This document shows positions 1-14,790 of a DNA stretch of 64,000 nt, piece by piece. Where the stretch lies: assembly GCF_006345805.1 (NCBI RefSeq), contig NC_042999.1, forward strand, positions 131,130,001 to 131,194,000. The letters are read 5' to 3'. Below the pieces are notes generated by a model, which saw nothing but the letters and a program-made list of their open reading frames with translations, made no database searches and had not been told where the DNA came from. The translations under genes and the position numbers were made by a program. Position 1 is the first letter of the stretch, and each line of letters begins with the position of its first letter. Origin of the DNA: Octopus sinensis. Lineage: Eukaryota.

Positions 1-2299
1 CTTTCAGTAACTGGGAAAATATGCTACACCCACCTTACAGTTGACTGATTAGTATTGATTTATAAATAATATTTTATGTCAGTAACATACAGTCTGGCCC
101 ATATTAGCAGAGACAAGATTGATACTATATGATAATGTATGATTCTTCAATGTGTGTTAATAGAAAGCAAAGTTTTAAGGGGGGGGGGAAGAAATGTTTT
201 TTTGAAGTTGTATTACATTGTTTGTTATTCAAAAAATAAGAGTAATCACAGACAATTTTTAACAGAATTAAATTTAAGTACAGTGTCATGGATTTCATAG
301 TTTGAATACTTTCTGCTGCATGTTTTTAATGTTGGGTATGTTAATTTAAAGAGAAAGATTAGTCCAGTCCTTAGTGGAGACATGAGAAGTACTGTTATCT
401 TTGAAATGCTTTTTTAGTATTGTAAAGAAATACTGAAGCATAAACAGAAATCTCAAGTGGTGCATGCTAAAAGTGGCAGACAGCAGAAAAATAGGTGCAG
501 CAATCTTGTAGAAGTTAGCATGACATTAAAGGGAGTAGAGGATTTTGTTAAAAGAGAATTAAAGAAAAAGTAGAGACTCCCGTTTTAAGATTCTTAGAAG
601 TACAGTTTATCACATAAATGATATTTTCTGATATATTGAATATTGGCAATTGAAGATAATGCACTGTCATAAATATGCTTCTCCAAGAAATATCTTTTAA
701 AGCTGAAGAGGGAGAAACATTTTTTTCTTTGGTTATCTTGTCAATACATGGACATACAGTAAATGGATTTCTTGGGCTTTGAAGCTGTTCATTAAAACTG
801 CACTTTTTATTTTTTTCCCTTATTCTTTCTGCTCCTAACATAAATACAGTATGTAGTTTGCAGTTGTTAAAGTTTACTAATTTGCTAGATTCATGTATGA
901 AGACTTCTCTTTAGTTAGAGAATATAGATACCTGGCAGGACATTTGAAGATTGGTAGTGGCAAATGTTTGCTGTAAAATTGCTACACCAACTCTGCCACA
1001 TTTTTTTTTTTACTGAGCTACTAACTTGTTTTATTTTAAAGAACTATTAACATAATCAGTAAAGCTGAAAGTTTTGTCTTGACAGATGTATTCACCGTTT
1101 CCATGACATCATTGATAAACTGTGGAAGCTGTTCTGACAATAGATTCTAATCTTTTGTAACAGATTGTGATAGATAATTAGTTATCAGTAAGTCTTCATT
1201 TGTTTCTTGATTAATCACTCCTTTCTTAAACAATAAAGCAAAGATATGTTTAAAACTATTATAGATAAGCCAAGTTATATATCTTAAAATTCAGATGTTT
1301 CATGCTAACTGTTCACATGCACCAGTTTCATATCAAATTAATTTCTTACTAAATTATAGAAAAATTAAGGGAATATGTCAAAAGAAAGGATGAACTACTT
1401 GTTTATGTCAAAAGAGATTTTATCTTTTTGATGTTAAATTTTAAATATTTTTACTATGTTTCACTGGGTTTTATTGCTATGAATTGAAAACAAATTTGAA
1501 TTTTAGGTTACAGCATATTGGTTAATATGTACTTCAAAACTTAGTGAACTTAGTGAACTTCTACAAAATTTGTGATCAACATATGTAAACTGATCAAATC
1601 AGAATCTTGATTCTGTAAAGATTGTGAAAATGAAAAATAAAAATAGGTTTAAGTGACCATCATAACCATCATTATTTCACATCTGTTTTCCATGCTGATA
1701 TGAGTTGAAGGGGGTCATCACAATCAAAGTCAATTCCCATTTGAAGTTATTGTCCTCTTATTGGTGAGGAATCCTACATCACTCATACATATCATTTTTT
1801 GCATGGTTTCTGTGGCTGAATACTCTTTTTAACATCAACTACATGGCACCATCATGAATGAGGTTGCCTGGTCCCTGCCTAGACTAAAGATTCCTTTCTA
1901 TCATACGTTGTCTCTTCTCATTCAAGGATACATGACTTAGTGAATAGAAAAGCAGTGAAAAAGAGATCCAAGATGAGACGATGGTAATATAAGAGGATAT
2001 GATGGCAGAAACAGTGATTGGAGTGAAGTAATGGTAGGGGAGAGGCTAAAGGAAAAAAAGTGAGTGAGATGACTTACAATGAAGATCCAATGCCATCTCT
2101 TGTTGTGCAATAGTAAGAGAGAAGGTAATAGATGAGACTGTAACAAAGACATAGGTAGAGCAATAGATGAAGGCTGAACATGATAGAGACGTAAATGTAG
2201 ATATTATGTATCTCAACTTCACTACCTTTATTACATCTGTTTTACTGTGCTTGCATGGGTTAGGTGAGTTTTACTCCATAATAGCATATTACCACTTAT

Positions 2300-4330
2300 G
2301 GTTTCTTGTTGTCTCTTTAGTGAGTTTCAGCCCCCTGAGATCAACCTTTACCATTTTGTTCCCTCTTTCATGAATTTCAACCATTCTGAATACTCAACAC
2401 TTTTTTTATACAACTGACATCCTCCATACACATGACATGTCTGTATCAACACAGTCTACTCACTTGTATACTACTTTTGCATCTTCTTATATCCAACTTT
2501 ACACCCTAACATTGTACATCCATCAGATCATACTTACCTCATTTCTTTCTAGCCTTCACAAATCATGTGTATTCAAAGACCATGTCTCACTACCATGCAG
2601 CATCCTGCCTCATACACAAGCATCATACAATCTGTTTTTCACTTTGTGGTGGAAACTCTTTATTGATGCAGAGATAATAACTCTCTGAATATCTTCCATT
2701 TTGTTCTTACTCTAGTTACTTTGCTTTCACCTCCATTGCTAATTAGGCTAATTAACACACACAGACACACTTCCATAGCTAATTAGGTGACCTGAATAAA
2801 GAAAGCTATCAACTATTTCTTGAGAGCCTTCTGGGCATTTGAAAGAATCTATTTCACATGTACTCTTGCTATTGGCTGATCTAGTGCATCAGTTGCATAC
2901 AAAGCTAATTTCTCTTTCAGCCTGCTTGTGATCCCACAATACTTTGTCTGACCATAGTTTATACTGGGCATACTGTATGGAATTCCTACCCACATCCTTT
3001 CTAAATATCAAGCAGAGCTGTTTTCTTGATGGCAATAGTATCCTGCTTTCTTTGCTTCATATTAAAACTTTCTTTTTCATATACATTGAGGCCTCTTGAT
3101 TCTAAGTTTTGCCTCTGTGTTGAAAACTTCTCTAAATCTTTAGATTCATCAATAAAAACTTCATCAGCATACTCCTATGAGTAGTTGATCATAAATTCTT
3201 GTTCTGGCTTATAGCAGGGGTCACCAAACTATGGCCCACGGGCTGGATCCGGCCTGCGAGGTCAGTTCACCCGGCCTGCCGCCACACTGTACCTTTTGTG
3301 TAAGTACCTGCAATGAGAGTTCATTTGCCTCTGGTATGGCATCAGTATCTGGAACAAATTATGTCTGCGAGCAAACATTTTCAATAATGAAGTATATGAA
3401 GTCAGCACATTGAATGAAGTTGACCGATGAACATTTGAAAGCAATTCTCTTGGTTGGATGCAGCAATTTCAAAGCAAATATTGATGACATCTTCAAAGCT
3501 AAACACCAATTTCACAAATCTTACTAACCTTTTTTGCTTCTTAGTTTGTGAGATTCAGATATGTGCACACTGGGTGTGAATCTTATTGCTAACGTTGCCT
3601 TCTTTGATAACTTTTTGGTAAATAAATAAGTTTGTTGTCTTTATTTTTTTGTGTATTCACTATATTATATTGAACAAAATGGTTATGTGGCCCAACCTCG
3701 CCATTCTCTCAGTTATCTGGCCCCCTGGTTTATAGGACTAAATAAACAGGAAGCACTTGAGAACTGATTCCTTTTAGACATTTAAGTGCATGCTAAATTA
3801 ACTCATTAATTTTCTCTCTACTGAGAGTATCTCTCTACATAGCTTGCATAACTCTTATAAACCATCCAACTACTCCTAATTTCCCTTATGACTACCAAAT
3901 AGCTGAGTGTAGAACTCCATCAAATGCTGTTTTCAAGCTGATGAATATCAGGTAGGGTGGTTTACTCCTAATTAAGCACTCCTCTTGTAGTTATCTTTCT
4001 AGAAGAGAGCATTTGTAGCACCTCTTTTTCAGCACAAAGCTGAACTGCATCTCTTTTCGACTAATTCTCTTCTGAATCAGGTGTGCTATCACTCTTTCAG
4101 TAACTTTCATAATCTGGTCCATCAGTGTGAGGTCTTTGTAGTTACCACTCTCTCTTTTGTGGATATCCTTTGCCCTTGAAGCAATTGCCGATGTATTACC
4201 TGATTGACTACATGAGTAACTAGCTTGTGGCCTACTATGTCAAATGTTTTCACCATCTCAACCACTATACTTGATAGTCTAACTGTCTTCCCAGTCATGC
4301 TTTTGACATATAATACACACGCACACATGA
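2300..4330 (-). mobile_element. Degraded RTE-clade LINE fragment, interrupted by a hAT element
   Basis: Similar by eye to the RTE copies at about 32 kb, 55 kb and 61.6 kb (e.g. catacacaagcatcatacaatctg). No intact ORF. The sequence resumes after the hAT insertion. Boundaries approximate. Confidence 0.6.
3215..3727 (+). mobile_element. Non-autonomous hAT (SPIN/Charlie-like) DNA transposon
   Basis: Starts CAGGGGTCACCAAACT and ends ...CCCCTG; 8-bp target-site duplication gcttatag/gtttatag. Internal remnant FASGMASVSGTNYVCEQTFSIMKYMKSAH*MKLTDEHL resembles the hAT C-terminal dimerization domain. Confidence 0.8.
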
Positions 4331-5639
4331 GCAGGGTATGTGTTAGTGTTGATAACTGATACAACTCAGTAGTCAGACAGATATGTAAAAATCCTAAAAT
4401 TTATTTCACTCCTTTGATATTTGCAAAATATGTGATCAGTAAAGTACTGGGTGGCAGATTTGGTAAATTACTAAGAAAATGCCATATGATATATGACATA
4501 CAATTATATCTGTCATTTTACATTCTGAGTTCAAATCTGATCAGAGTTTAAAGAGTTCTAAAAACAATAGATTCATTGTAAATAGATAGGCTCTATTGTT
4601 TATATAAAGTAGCCATAGTGAAATTATTGTAAATGAAAATACTTACTAAAGAAGATTGTCAAATAAAAATGTTAATCCCCATTTGCAATTTTCTGCAGAA
4701 AAAGAAGAGCAGAGACGAACACATAGCTTTTAAATGGTAGAGTTATAGTTACTATTGAACATCCCTTATAGCTAAAGGTTATGAGAGATAATTTCTATTA
4801 TATAAATGGCTTAACCATTCTCAACAGAACCAGTGATATTGTAATAAGAGATGATTTCTATTTTTGTTGTAATCTAGATATAGCAATATAGTATGGAAGA
4901 ACTCAGTCTAAAGAGATGTGAGGTATTTCAGCTAGATCTATAATGTTAATTGAAAGAGAGCTTGAGTGCGTGTGAGAAAAGTATTTGATGATAGAAATCT
5001 TAGTTCAATTATATGAGAACAATCTATGATCTACCAAAAAGGACTTGGGCATATAGTTAATGGTTCCTTGTTTAAGAAGAATGGTAATTCAGTGTAAGAA
5101 GGAAGATGTTGGGTTTAGAGAGAAATAGTCTACATCAAAAACTTACAGTTGAAAGCAACACTGCATACACATGAAAACAATAATTATGTTGGTGAAGCTA
5201 GTATTAACTAAAAATAATTATGCAGTGAGGAAAAAATATTAGTTAATGGCTGATACTATTTTGAAGTACATGTTTTGGTCATACTTATACGTCATCAATA
5301 CAGTATTAGTTTTCACCATGCTTGCCGAAGTAATGATGAAAGCTTTACTAAGTAACTGTACAAGGTTGTACATTGGTTGGTGTAGGAAAATAGTTACTCT
5401 ACGTTACATTGCTATATATTTGCCAACCAATGTTGATCCTAACAGATTTGAGCTCAGAATGTAAGAGGACACACACAATTATATAACATACAGTATTTTA
5501 TTAGTAATTTACAAAATCTGCCATCCAGTACTTTAAGATAGTTATGATTTTGTATATTGATACATGGCCACACATTTGAGAGAGAGAGATGCATCTAATT
5601 GAGCTCAAGCACATTATCTTTTATCATTTACTTTATCAT

Positions 5640-5960
5640 TGATCTGCAGCTATGCTGGGGCAAATTGCCCAATACTTATTTAAAAGCTTAGTGGTTATTC
5701 TGTCAATCTCTTTTGCTGAACTGCTAAGTTAGCAGAGAAACCAACACTGGTTCTCAAGCAGTGGTGGTGTTGTCTGGCAAGCACAAAGACACAAACATGT
5801 GTGTGTGTATGTATGTATACACTCTCACATATGGGCTTCTTTCAGTTTCCATCTATGAAATCCTCTCACAAGACTTTGGTTGGCTCAGGATTATAATTAA
5901 AGAAGGCCTAAGGTGCCATGCAGTAGGACTGAACCTAAAATGTGGTTTAGGAAGCACCAC
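5640..5960 (-). mobile_element. tRNA-derived SINE (same family as 39670 and 47018), degraded
   Basis: Reverse complement of the family consensus seen at 47018-47445, including the internal (TG)/(TA) tract. Confidence 0.7.
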
Positions 5961-6450
5961 ACATCTATGCTTGTGCCTTTTATCACACTCTTGTTTTAAT
6001 AACTGTTGACAATAGGCACCTATGTTACTGACGTTTATTTAATCAACCTTTGAAGGATAAAATGTTAAGTTAACCATAATGGGATTTGCACTTATGACCT
6101 AGAAGGACAGCTAAATACTGTCAAAAGTACAATTAACAACTGCTGTAATGTCAATACTAATAATATCATTAGCAATATCATCAACATTTAAAGAGTAAGT
6201 AAATGATCTTTTATGTAATTTCATCACTTTTTTTTTATTATTCTCCTGAACACCAGAATCATTATCAGCAAAGCCATTCTCAAAGGTAGATTTAATTAAA
6301 TTCAATACAATTAATTTTCATTGGGTTTTCAGAATCACACATGGTTGAAATATTATTTGAAAAATAAAAAAAAATAAAAAATTTAATTTCATATCAAATT
6401 TCCAGATTGCTTACTTATGAAACAAGTTAATATAACTGCAAAAGTAGAAA

Positions 6451-6671
6451 CCCTTTCATTACTCTACTTCTGCTGAAATATACTCCCTTTGTTTCAATTA
6501 ATTTTAAAAATAATTAAGAACTTAGTAAAATAATTTTGTCATTATTATACTGGTACTTAGAACTTAAATAGCATGAAATTTTGATGGAAGATTTTAATTT
6601 AGATCACTTTAAAACAAGATGTTTGTGTCCTAGAACCAGGGGCAGTCTCAGACAGTTTGGTAACAAAAAGG
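6451..6671. mobile_element. TTAA-type MITE (piggyBac/Kolobok-like)
   Basis: Termini CCCTTT..TTAC and GTAACAAAAAGG followed by TTAA. A reverse-oriented fragment of the same family lies near 41000-41100. Confidence 0.5.
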
Positions 6672-9114
6672 TTAACAAAAATGTCAAAAAATATTTAATC
6701 AAATCTTTGTTTATAAAACCCAAGGCTCTATTAAACCAAACTAATATTTTCTCTTAAGAATTTCCATTGATTATTTGTGAAATCATAGTATAATTTCGAA
6801 ATGTGTTTCCTACATAACACTAAGTTGTTGTGCTTTATGCTTATGGTATTAAAGGTATAGACTAGTTAGTTATGGTAAGTTTTAGAAAATGACCTTTGTG
6901 AGGGCCTACTTCCATGTTTACAAAAGTATGTGACCTTGAAAGAACAGCTGATCTATCTCGAGAGACTAACTTGTAATTAAAGATCAGTTTATATGTGGGT
7001 GGAGCAAAATCTCAAGTAGACACTATGTTACATAATGATGAAATATTAACAGAACTAAATTAATAGAACTGTGTTTTGGAAAGTATAAAATTTACTTCAA
7101 GCAATTGTAATGATAGCTTCAGGAAAAAAGTGAACAGAATTATAAAGATTTTTGAGAATTAGTTAAGAGGCATGAAACATTAACTGCAAGGTTATTTGAA
7201 TAGCCCTGCAAGTAGTTAATGCTTTATTGAAATTTATTAGCTGTAGTAATGTTGGAGATATTTGTAAGTACTTTGGAATAACTTAAGAATATATTCAGAA
7301 TTATGGCAATCTTAACTAGTGTATTTGTATTATTATCAATTACTTTATGGATTAGATTTATGAAGGAGAGAGGAGTAACTGTTGACAGATTAAGTAATGA
7401 GGATTGGACAATCAAAACTAGGGGAAAGCATTCTTAAGATACATCATATGATATGTGGTGTTTGTACTGGATTAGTAAAAGTTGTTGGCAGAATACTTAA
7501 AATGTACAAATGTTTTCTAGTAATTGTTCCAGCTCTTTGCATTTTGAGTTCAAATCCTGTTGTGGTTAGTTTTGTCTTTCATCCTCCATATGTCGATAAA
7601 ATACCAGTCAAGTATCAGGGTTGGTTATTTTGTCCTTGTTTCTCTTTTTCTCACAATTAGCTACACTGTACTATGAGAGGATCTTAGGAAGCTACTCATA
7701 ATGTTCTTTTCTCCAGAAATGGAAGTGTATTGAATCCAGGGGTTAATAACTTCTCATCTTGTAGGCTGCAAAATTGCACAAAGAAACCATGATGCATGGT
7801 GAGTGTTGATGAACCAAAGTGCTGTACAGCATGGAACAGTTAAAAACAAATTGATATGAGGTTGCAAAATAATGAATTTGGCATGTGATGTTTGTAAAAT
7901 TTGACATTTATGAATAATTGTCATGGAGGTGACACACTCCTAATAAATGCAACAATGAGTTCAAAATTCTGTCAGATGTTCTTTGAGACTCAATTTAATC
8001 CCATTAAATAAAACAGTAGCTTTCAGCATATTTTTTTCTGAAAGAATTTCTATTTCCAGATCATTTGATTCTCTTTGTGAACTTAAAGCATAGAAAAAAA
8101 ATAAGATAAAAAGAAAAATGCTAAGCCTAAGTATATTGTTTAAATAATAAAAAGGGGTAAGGGGGGGGAGACAAAAAATCTTGTTAAATACATAAAACAA
8201 AAATGTAAATCAGCTTTTACACAAACATAAGTAAGCCACTTTAATGACTTTATCAGTTGAAGAACTTCTTAAAGATAACTTAATAACACTAAAGTGATAG
8301 CAGCTGTACAACTTTCAATAATGATCTTAACAAAACCACTTAGTATCTATCAAGTCCATATAACTTCAAACAACTTACAGAAAGATGAACTACAGCAGTA
8401 GATATTATCTATTGTAAAGAAGAGTAGTAAGTAATATTGTATATAGTTGAGAAATTAGAATGTTTGATGTATTCATATTGTCAGGTTTGATTATATTAAG
8501 AATGTGTTAAGAGAAAGTAAGAAAATAAAAACAGGATGCCTTTGCTTATACTGAACATTCATCGGAGAACTGGGATTGACTGAGATAAGAGAATTTACTA
8601 TGAGATCTGTTGCATTCCCAGTAGTTAACTTTCTTCTCATGACTATCCCAGGATCCTGAACAATTGTTTAAACCAGTGGATGTTTACTTAAGCATGCTAA
8701 CATGCATTCCTATTCATGTGGATTAAGAATGATTGCAAATATGTTCAGGGATTGCCTATCATTGGGGAGCTTATTCTAGAAATTACAAAATATGTTATGA
8801 TATTTTTATATTACTTGGATTGAGATGAAGCAGTTCATGATATAATCTGTGATTGTATTTTTATGGGAGCTAGTACACTTTGATTAATCAACAGTATCTT
8901 TGAATCCAGTTATTAATGAATATTATTAGTTTTTTACAAGACTGCTTTGATCAGGTCTTCATTTTTCTTGAATGATGGTCACTAGACATTACTACCAAAT
9001 TTACTATAAGTAACCATTACTGTGAGGAATAGGTACATAGTTTCTTAGTTTAAATTGTCATTAGCTCCATTTGCCAAAATATTTATATGCTAAAATAATC
9101 TTTTTTTTATTTTT

Positions 9115-9415
9115 TATTTATGTGCCCTTTTCAAGCCTAGCCAGGCTCATGGGCTCAGTTTCTCGGTTTCTGTGGTGTATGTGTTCCCCCAACTGGACGG
9201 GGCGGCAGTTCATCGCAGTGAAGAAACATGAAGAAAGAGTGAGTGAAAGTTGAGGCGAAAGTGTACAACAGGGGTCGCCACCATCCTTTGCTGGAGCCTC
9301 ATGGAGCTTTAGGTGTTTTTGCTCAATAAACACACACAATGCCCGGTCTGAGAATTGAAACCGCGATCCTCCGACTGCAAGTCTGCTGCCCTACCACTGG
9401 GCCATTACGCCTCCA
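9115..9415 (-). mobile_element. tRNA-headed SINE (second family)
   Basis: Minus strand reads GGAGGCGTAATGGCCCAGTGGTAGGGC (A box) ... GGTTTCAATTCTC (B-box-like), then a body and an A-rich tail. Confidence 0.7.
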
Positions 9416-9680
9416 TAAAATAATCTTAGGCTAGGTCTATAAGTTCAGTTTTAAAACTTTTAATCTATGGCTTATCTATTTCAAATCCTATGGTTTCCCA
9501 TGTAAGATACAATGTTTGGGTGGCCTGCTCAAAAGATGAGTAATTTTGCTTTTGCTTACATTGAGCATAAATTGCTGTTCAGTAGCTAAATCAAATTTTC
9601 AATATTTTGCAATAAATAACTTGTTAATGATTTTCAAAAAAAATTATTTTTTATATGCATAAAAACATTTGTGAAGTAAA

Positions 9681-9870
9681 CATCATCATCATCATCATCA
9701 GCATTTAATGTCCGTTTTCATGCTGGCATGGGTTGGACGGTTTGACTGGGGTCTGGGAAGCCAGGAGGCTGCACCAGGCCCCAATCTGATCTGGCAGTGT
9801 TTCTACAGCTGGCTGCCCTTTCTAATGCCAACCACTCCGAGAGTGTAGTGGGTGCTTTCTATGTGCCCTA
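9681..9870 (-). mobile_element. RTE-type LINE/SINE 3' tail ending in (GAT)n
   Basis: Recurs near 16730-16915 (+), 27700-27910 (+), 31725-31890 (-), 32960-33125 (+), 48698-48820 (-) and 61260-61470 (-). Confidence 0.7.
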
Positions 9871-10017
9871 ACCACTGAGCCATTTTGCCTCCTGAGATTA
9901 CTAAATGGTAAAAATAGCTATTATGGATATGAAGGCAATGAAAGGCAGCTGGAGTATCAGGATAGTACTGAGATACTGAAAATATCTGGCAAAGTAGGAT
10001 ATGTGCTAGTTGCTCAT

Positions 10018-10250
10018 ATATTTCTTTATTGCTCACAGGGGGCTAAACACAGAGGGGACAAACAAAGACAGACAAATAGATTAAGTCGATTACATCGACC
10101 CCAGAGCATAACTGGTAATTATTTAATCGACCCTGAGAGGATGAAAGGCAAAGTCGACTTCAGCAGAATTTGAGCTCAGAACGTAACAGCAGACAAAATA
10201 CTGCTAAGCATTTCACCTGGCATGCTAACGATTCTGCCAGCTCGCTGCCC
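10018..10250 (-). mobile_element. SINE (third family)
   Basis: Minus strand GGCAGCGAGCTGGCAGAATCGTTAG...GTCGACTTTGCCTTTCATCC...; homologous copies at about 14585-14790 (+) and 7480-7620 (+). Confidence 0.7.
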
Positions 10251-13200
10251 TAACCCTTAGCCTAGTTGCTTATATAGTCAGTAAAGTTGTGTTGAGGGGA
10301 GTTGCATAGTAGCATGATTGTGAACTGCTTCAAGAACAAAGAAGACAATTTAGAAAGAATTAGAAGAGCATTAATCTTATTGACTAAGTGGTAGTGGAGT
10401 ATTAAAACAAAGGTAGCTAGGGTTTGAAGGAAACTAGCTTAGATGAGTTGCAATTTGGATTTGTACCTGGATGTCTTCATAGATAACTATGAGAGTAAAC
10501 CATTACACATAGTATTTGTTGACTTTTAATAGAGTACCAGTTGGGTGGTTGATAAGAAAACTGGTAGTTGTGAATATCTCACGAGAGTCATGTAAATTCT
10601 GTACTGGCATAGTGTTTGCAAAGTGAGAGGTTAGTGACAAACTCAGTGAAGAATGCAGTGTGCAAATAAGTATCCACCAAGGCTTGATTTTTAGTTCCTT
10701 CTTATTTAGTATAGTTCTCCAGGTCATTACAGACTAGCTGATTGTGGGAATTCATGTATAAAGCAATCCAGTTCTTCTTGCAAATCACTAAAAGAATAAA
10801 AGGAAAAGCTCCAAACATGGAAGCAAGATTTAAATAACAGCGGCCTAAAGATTAATTTAGTAAAGATAAAAGGAAACAGAATACAAGTATAAAATAAGAA
10901 AGCCATCATATTTGATATCCCAAAAGAGAACAAGTTAGCAATCTATACTGTGTATCCAGTGCAAACATTGGTGGCAGAGATTGTGCAGTGAGAACTTTGG
11001 TAGGCTTATAGAGAGGTATTTCAAATGTAGTAAATAGCTGCATGTGAGTTGCTAGTAAAAAGAGAAATCCAAGAAATGGAGTTTCTCAATTGTTCAAAAA
11101 GCTTAATAGCTTATGATCAGCAGTGATGGTTGGTGTTGTGAAAACATAGTAACCAGTCAGGAATTACTTCTGTTAACAGCAAAGGGCTTTTCTAATGTGA
11201 AGGAACAGGCTGTATGATACTTGTGTATAAAGTCTAGTATTTCATGGTTCGGTGATATGGTCTCTGAAGATGAAAGGCATATGAAGACTAGAAAGAAATA
11301 AGTTAAGTATACTCTGCTGGATATAGAATAGTAGCATACACGAATAATGGAGCACAGTGAGTAAAGTGTGTATGTGTGTGTGGGTGGGGCAGAAATGAGT
11401 ATAAAAAGCATCAGCTACAGTATGCAAGAGAATACTGTATTTGCACACACTTATGATGTTTATAAAGGATAACAGCTGGCTGAAGGATTGTCAAGTGATA
11501 CAAGTGGAAAAAGCTTGCAGAAGTCGAAGATGTCAGAAGGACTATAGCTAATGGCATGACACTATTGAAACTAATCCGGCTATGCTGATAACTAGGTTAT
11601 AAGTTCAAAGCTTAGAGTTGCTGTTGCTTTGTCCCTGAGTATAGTACTGCTTGTCTGACAACAGGATCCATTCTTTTCAGTTGAAGTACATCTAACAAAT
11701 AGTTATTCCAGTAGTGAGCAACTATCTCAAATTAATATTTTTCTTATATTTTCTCTTTCTCAAATATTTCAGTAGAGCCATTGATGGTTCACTTGATAAG
11801 ATACCAGACAACCAGCTGTTAAATGGTTATCTGGTATCCTATCAGTGGGTTATATCCTGTCACAATTGTTGCACAGTGTCAGTGGCTGATATACTTAAAT
11901 CTCCACTATTCAGCTCACCTAGGTGTAACAGTACTGAGCAGTTGAGTATTTTGTTTGAAGTTCAAGTCCTTCAATTGTGTGATTAGAAGAAGTCTTGGAT
12001 TCCATTGATCTCATTTTGACCTTCACATTTGAGCATGCAAGAGATTAATTATTTTTTCACAGTATCCCAATATTTTGTGTTTAACTCAAGTGGAGAGCAG
12101 TGCTTATAGTCATTGAAAGCTTTCTTCATTAATAAATTATGTATATTAGCAACAGAAGAAGTATTAATACTGAGATAGTATTAATAAATATGGATGTTCT
12201 GTTAGAACAAATTTTATTGCAGTAGATACCATGAAAGAAACTCTCATATAGTCTTTTGGTGCAAAATGCATACTTGTTTATATCACTAGCAGGGAGATAA
12301 ATTCTCACTGACTCCAGCGCCGAGGCCACCAGGTCATGTGATTTCGACCTTCCTTGGTTTCATCAATAAAGGAAACTCAACCGCTAGAGGAAGCTGTGAC
12401 TTATGTCTCAACCAGTAATATATAGAGAATCAGTATCAGAACAGGCACTGATGTCACGATTAGCTTCCTTCATTGGTGAGGTCACTTGTAGGCATGGGGA
12501 AAGTTCTAAATGATTGCATTTCTGGGAAGGAAAGATTATGAAAATTGTTTAATGTGGAGTTTGTGTATGTGTGGACTGAGGAAGTATAGATAAGAGGAGG
12601 AGAAGAGCCCAAACTGTTATGATAGTGTAATGGGGGAGGTGACAAAGGAAGGAACAGCAGAATAGTAGGTTAGTGGTTGCAATGTGTTGTTGAAATACTT
12701 TTACGTAAATGTTGTAATGGTTATTGGATTGCAACTAGATTTTACAATTACCACTTGTTATTGGTGCTATAGATACTCCTGTATACTACTCTCTCTGTCT
12801 CTGCAATTCTGCCTTTAGATGCCAATGGGACCTTTAGTGAATTAAAGCTAAATTTAAGTTAACATTTATCTTGGGTTATTCAGATTTCAGTTTGATTTAC
12901 TAAATGGTACAATCATCAGGATAGAATGTGATAGCACCCCATCTTCTAAGTTTTAACGCACCTTAAAGGTATTAACCATTTCTCTTTATGTGTTATGCAG
13001 CCAAAGGAGCTAGTGACTCTTCTCTGACAATCCTAGTAAATTCCTGTTTCAACAGAAAATTTTGAAATTATTGCACTACCTGTTATGATACTTGAACTAT
13101 TTTTAAAGATACTTTCATTCAGCCTGCCACAGAAGTTGTAGCACAACATCAGCTCACTAATAATAAATAATCGACCTTGAAGTCTGTTGAGTCTGTTCAG

Positions 13201-14584
13201 AAACTCAGACTGTAACATTAAAAGCATCATGGCTGATACATACTGAAAAATATATTTGTGATTCATTGAATGTAGAAATTTCTTCTGCTAGGAAAACAAA
13301 ACTCTTAACCCTGCCTTCAATCATAAATCAGGCTTTGGAAATAGGCATGCAAAATTCTCAGGCCTATGAATCTGTTCTTCAAGTTGAAAATCATGCATTA
13401 GTTTCTGCTAGAAAAGTTAGAGTGGAATTTTGAATTCTGAAGCAAAGTTTTAAAAGAGTCCCTTCCTGTGCATCTGCATCTTATCAGGGTGAACAAATTA
13501 TGCACAAATGTTCTACAATTGCACTCATTGTCCAACCTGTTATACTATTTACTTCTAGTGTAAGATGAATGACACTTCCCTTTTAAGTGTTCTTTTCCTC
13601 ATGTTTTTAGATGACCTTTCTTTCAGGTTTTTAAATTTTCAAAAGAAACAGTGAGCACTTCTATTCTTTCTGTGATACTTATCTGTATACTTAGTGGTAA
13701 GAGACTTTATCATTGACTTAAATATTCACTGAATTTCTCTAAATTGCCAAAGTTTATCATAAATGAAAAGCTTTGCTATATATCAAGTTTTTTCCAGGTG
13801 TTTTTGTTCATATTTATAAGAATGGATGAAGCTGGGGTACATTTATAAATTGAAAATGTGGTTTAACAAAGGGAAAAGCTTGTTGCTTTGGGACAATGTT
13901 TGGATTCCACTTATGAAGCAATGTCAAAAAGCAACTATAATGAAGCAATACTATAACTGCAGTAATTTTCATGAGATTAATATTTGTTTTAGCTTCTCAA
14001 ATATACCTTTTAAAAACAGTATTCATGTGGAGGGGAACAAGTAGTTGGTTAAGAGAGAAAAACCATTCATGAAGAATGTAATATGTGTGCTTCACTATTA
14101 GATGTTTGGTTTTTGAGATACAATTTTCAGCTGGTGTACATGTTGAAACTGTCATCAAATCGTTTTTTAAAATGTGGCATTTGAAAGACAATTAATATAG
14201 GAGAAGACAGTTTGTTGTGAAAAGAAAATGATGAAGAGGAGAGTAACGATGATTTCCAAAGAAATAGAAACTTCCAGGGATTAAGATCCATATGCTGATT
14301 TCGTTACACCAGATGAGCAATATTGATGACTATATTTTGGAGGATTTTAAAAATTTAATTTTTCATTTTATTTATTATCAATAAAATATATCTTTTTTTT
14401 TAAAAGCATAATTAACCTTGGAATTAAAATTTGTTAAATATTTCTGAGTTATGGTTTTAGAATTTCAGCACTTGTTAAGTTTAATTTCAATTAGCATCAA
14501 GTGTTTTTAAAGCTGTTCAAAAGAATGCCATAATGTTGGTGTTTACATTTAATACACTGCTGTTATTTATCATTAAACTAAGTC

Positions 14585-14790
14585 AGCAAGCTGGCAGAAT
14601 TGTTAGCATGCGGGATAAAAATCTTAGCGACATTTTATCCTTCTTTAAGTACTAGGTTCAAATACTACCGAGGTAGACTTTGCCTTTCATTCTTTTGGGG
14701 TCAATAAAAATAAGTACCAGCTGAGCACTGGTATTAATCTACTCGAAGAACTCCTTCCCTTAAAATTGCTAACCTTATGCCAAAATTAGA
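14585..14790 (+). mobile_element. SINE (third family)
   Basis: agctggcagaattgttagcatg...ggttcaaatact...gactttgcctttcattcttttggggtcaataaaaataagtacc; matches the copy at 10018-10250. Confidence 0.7.
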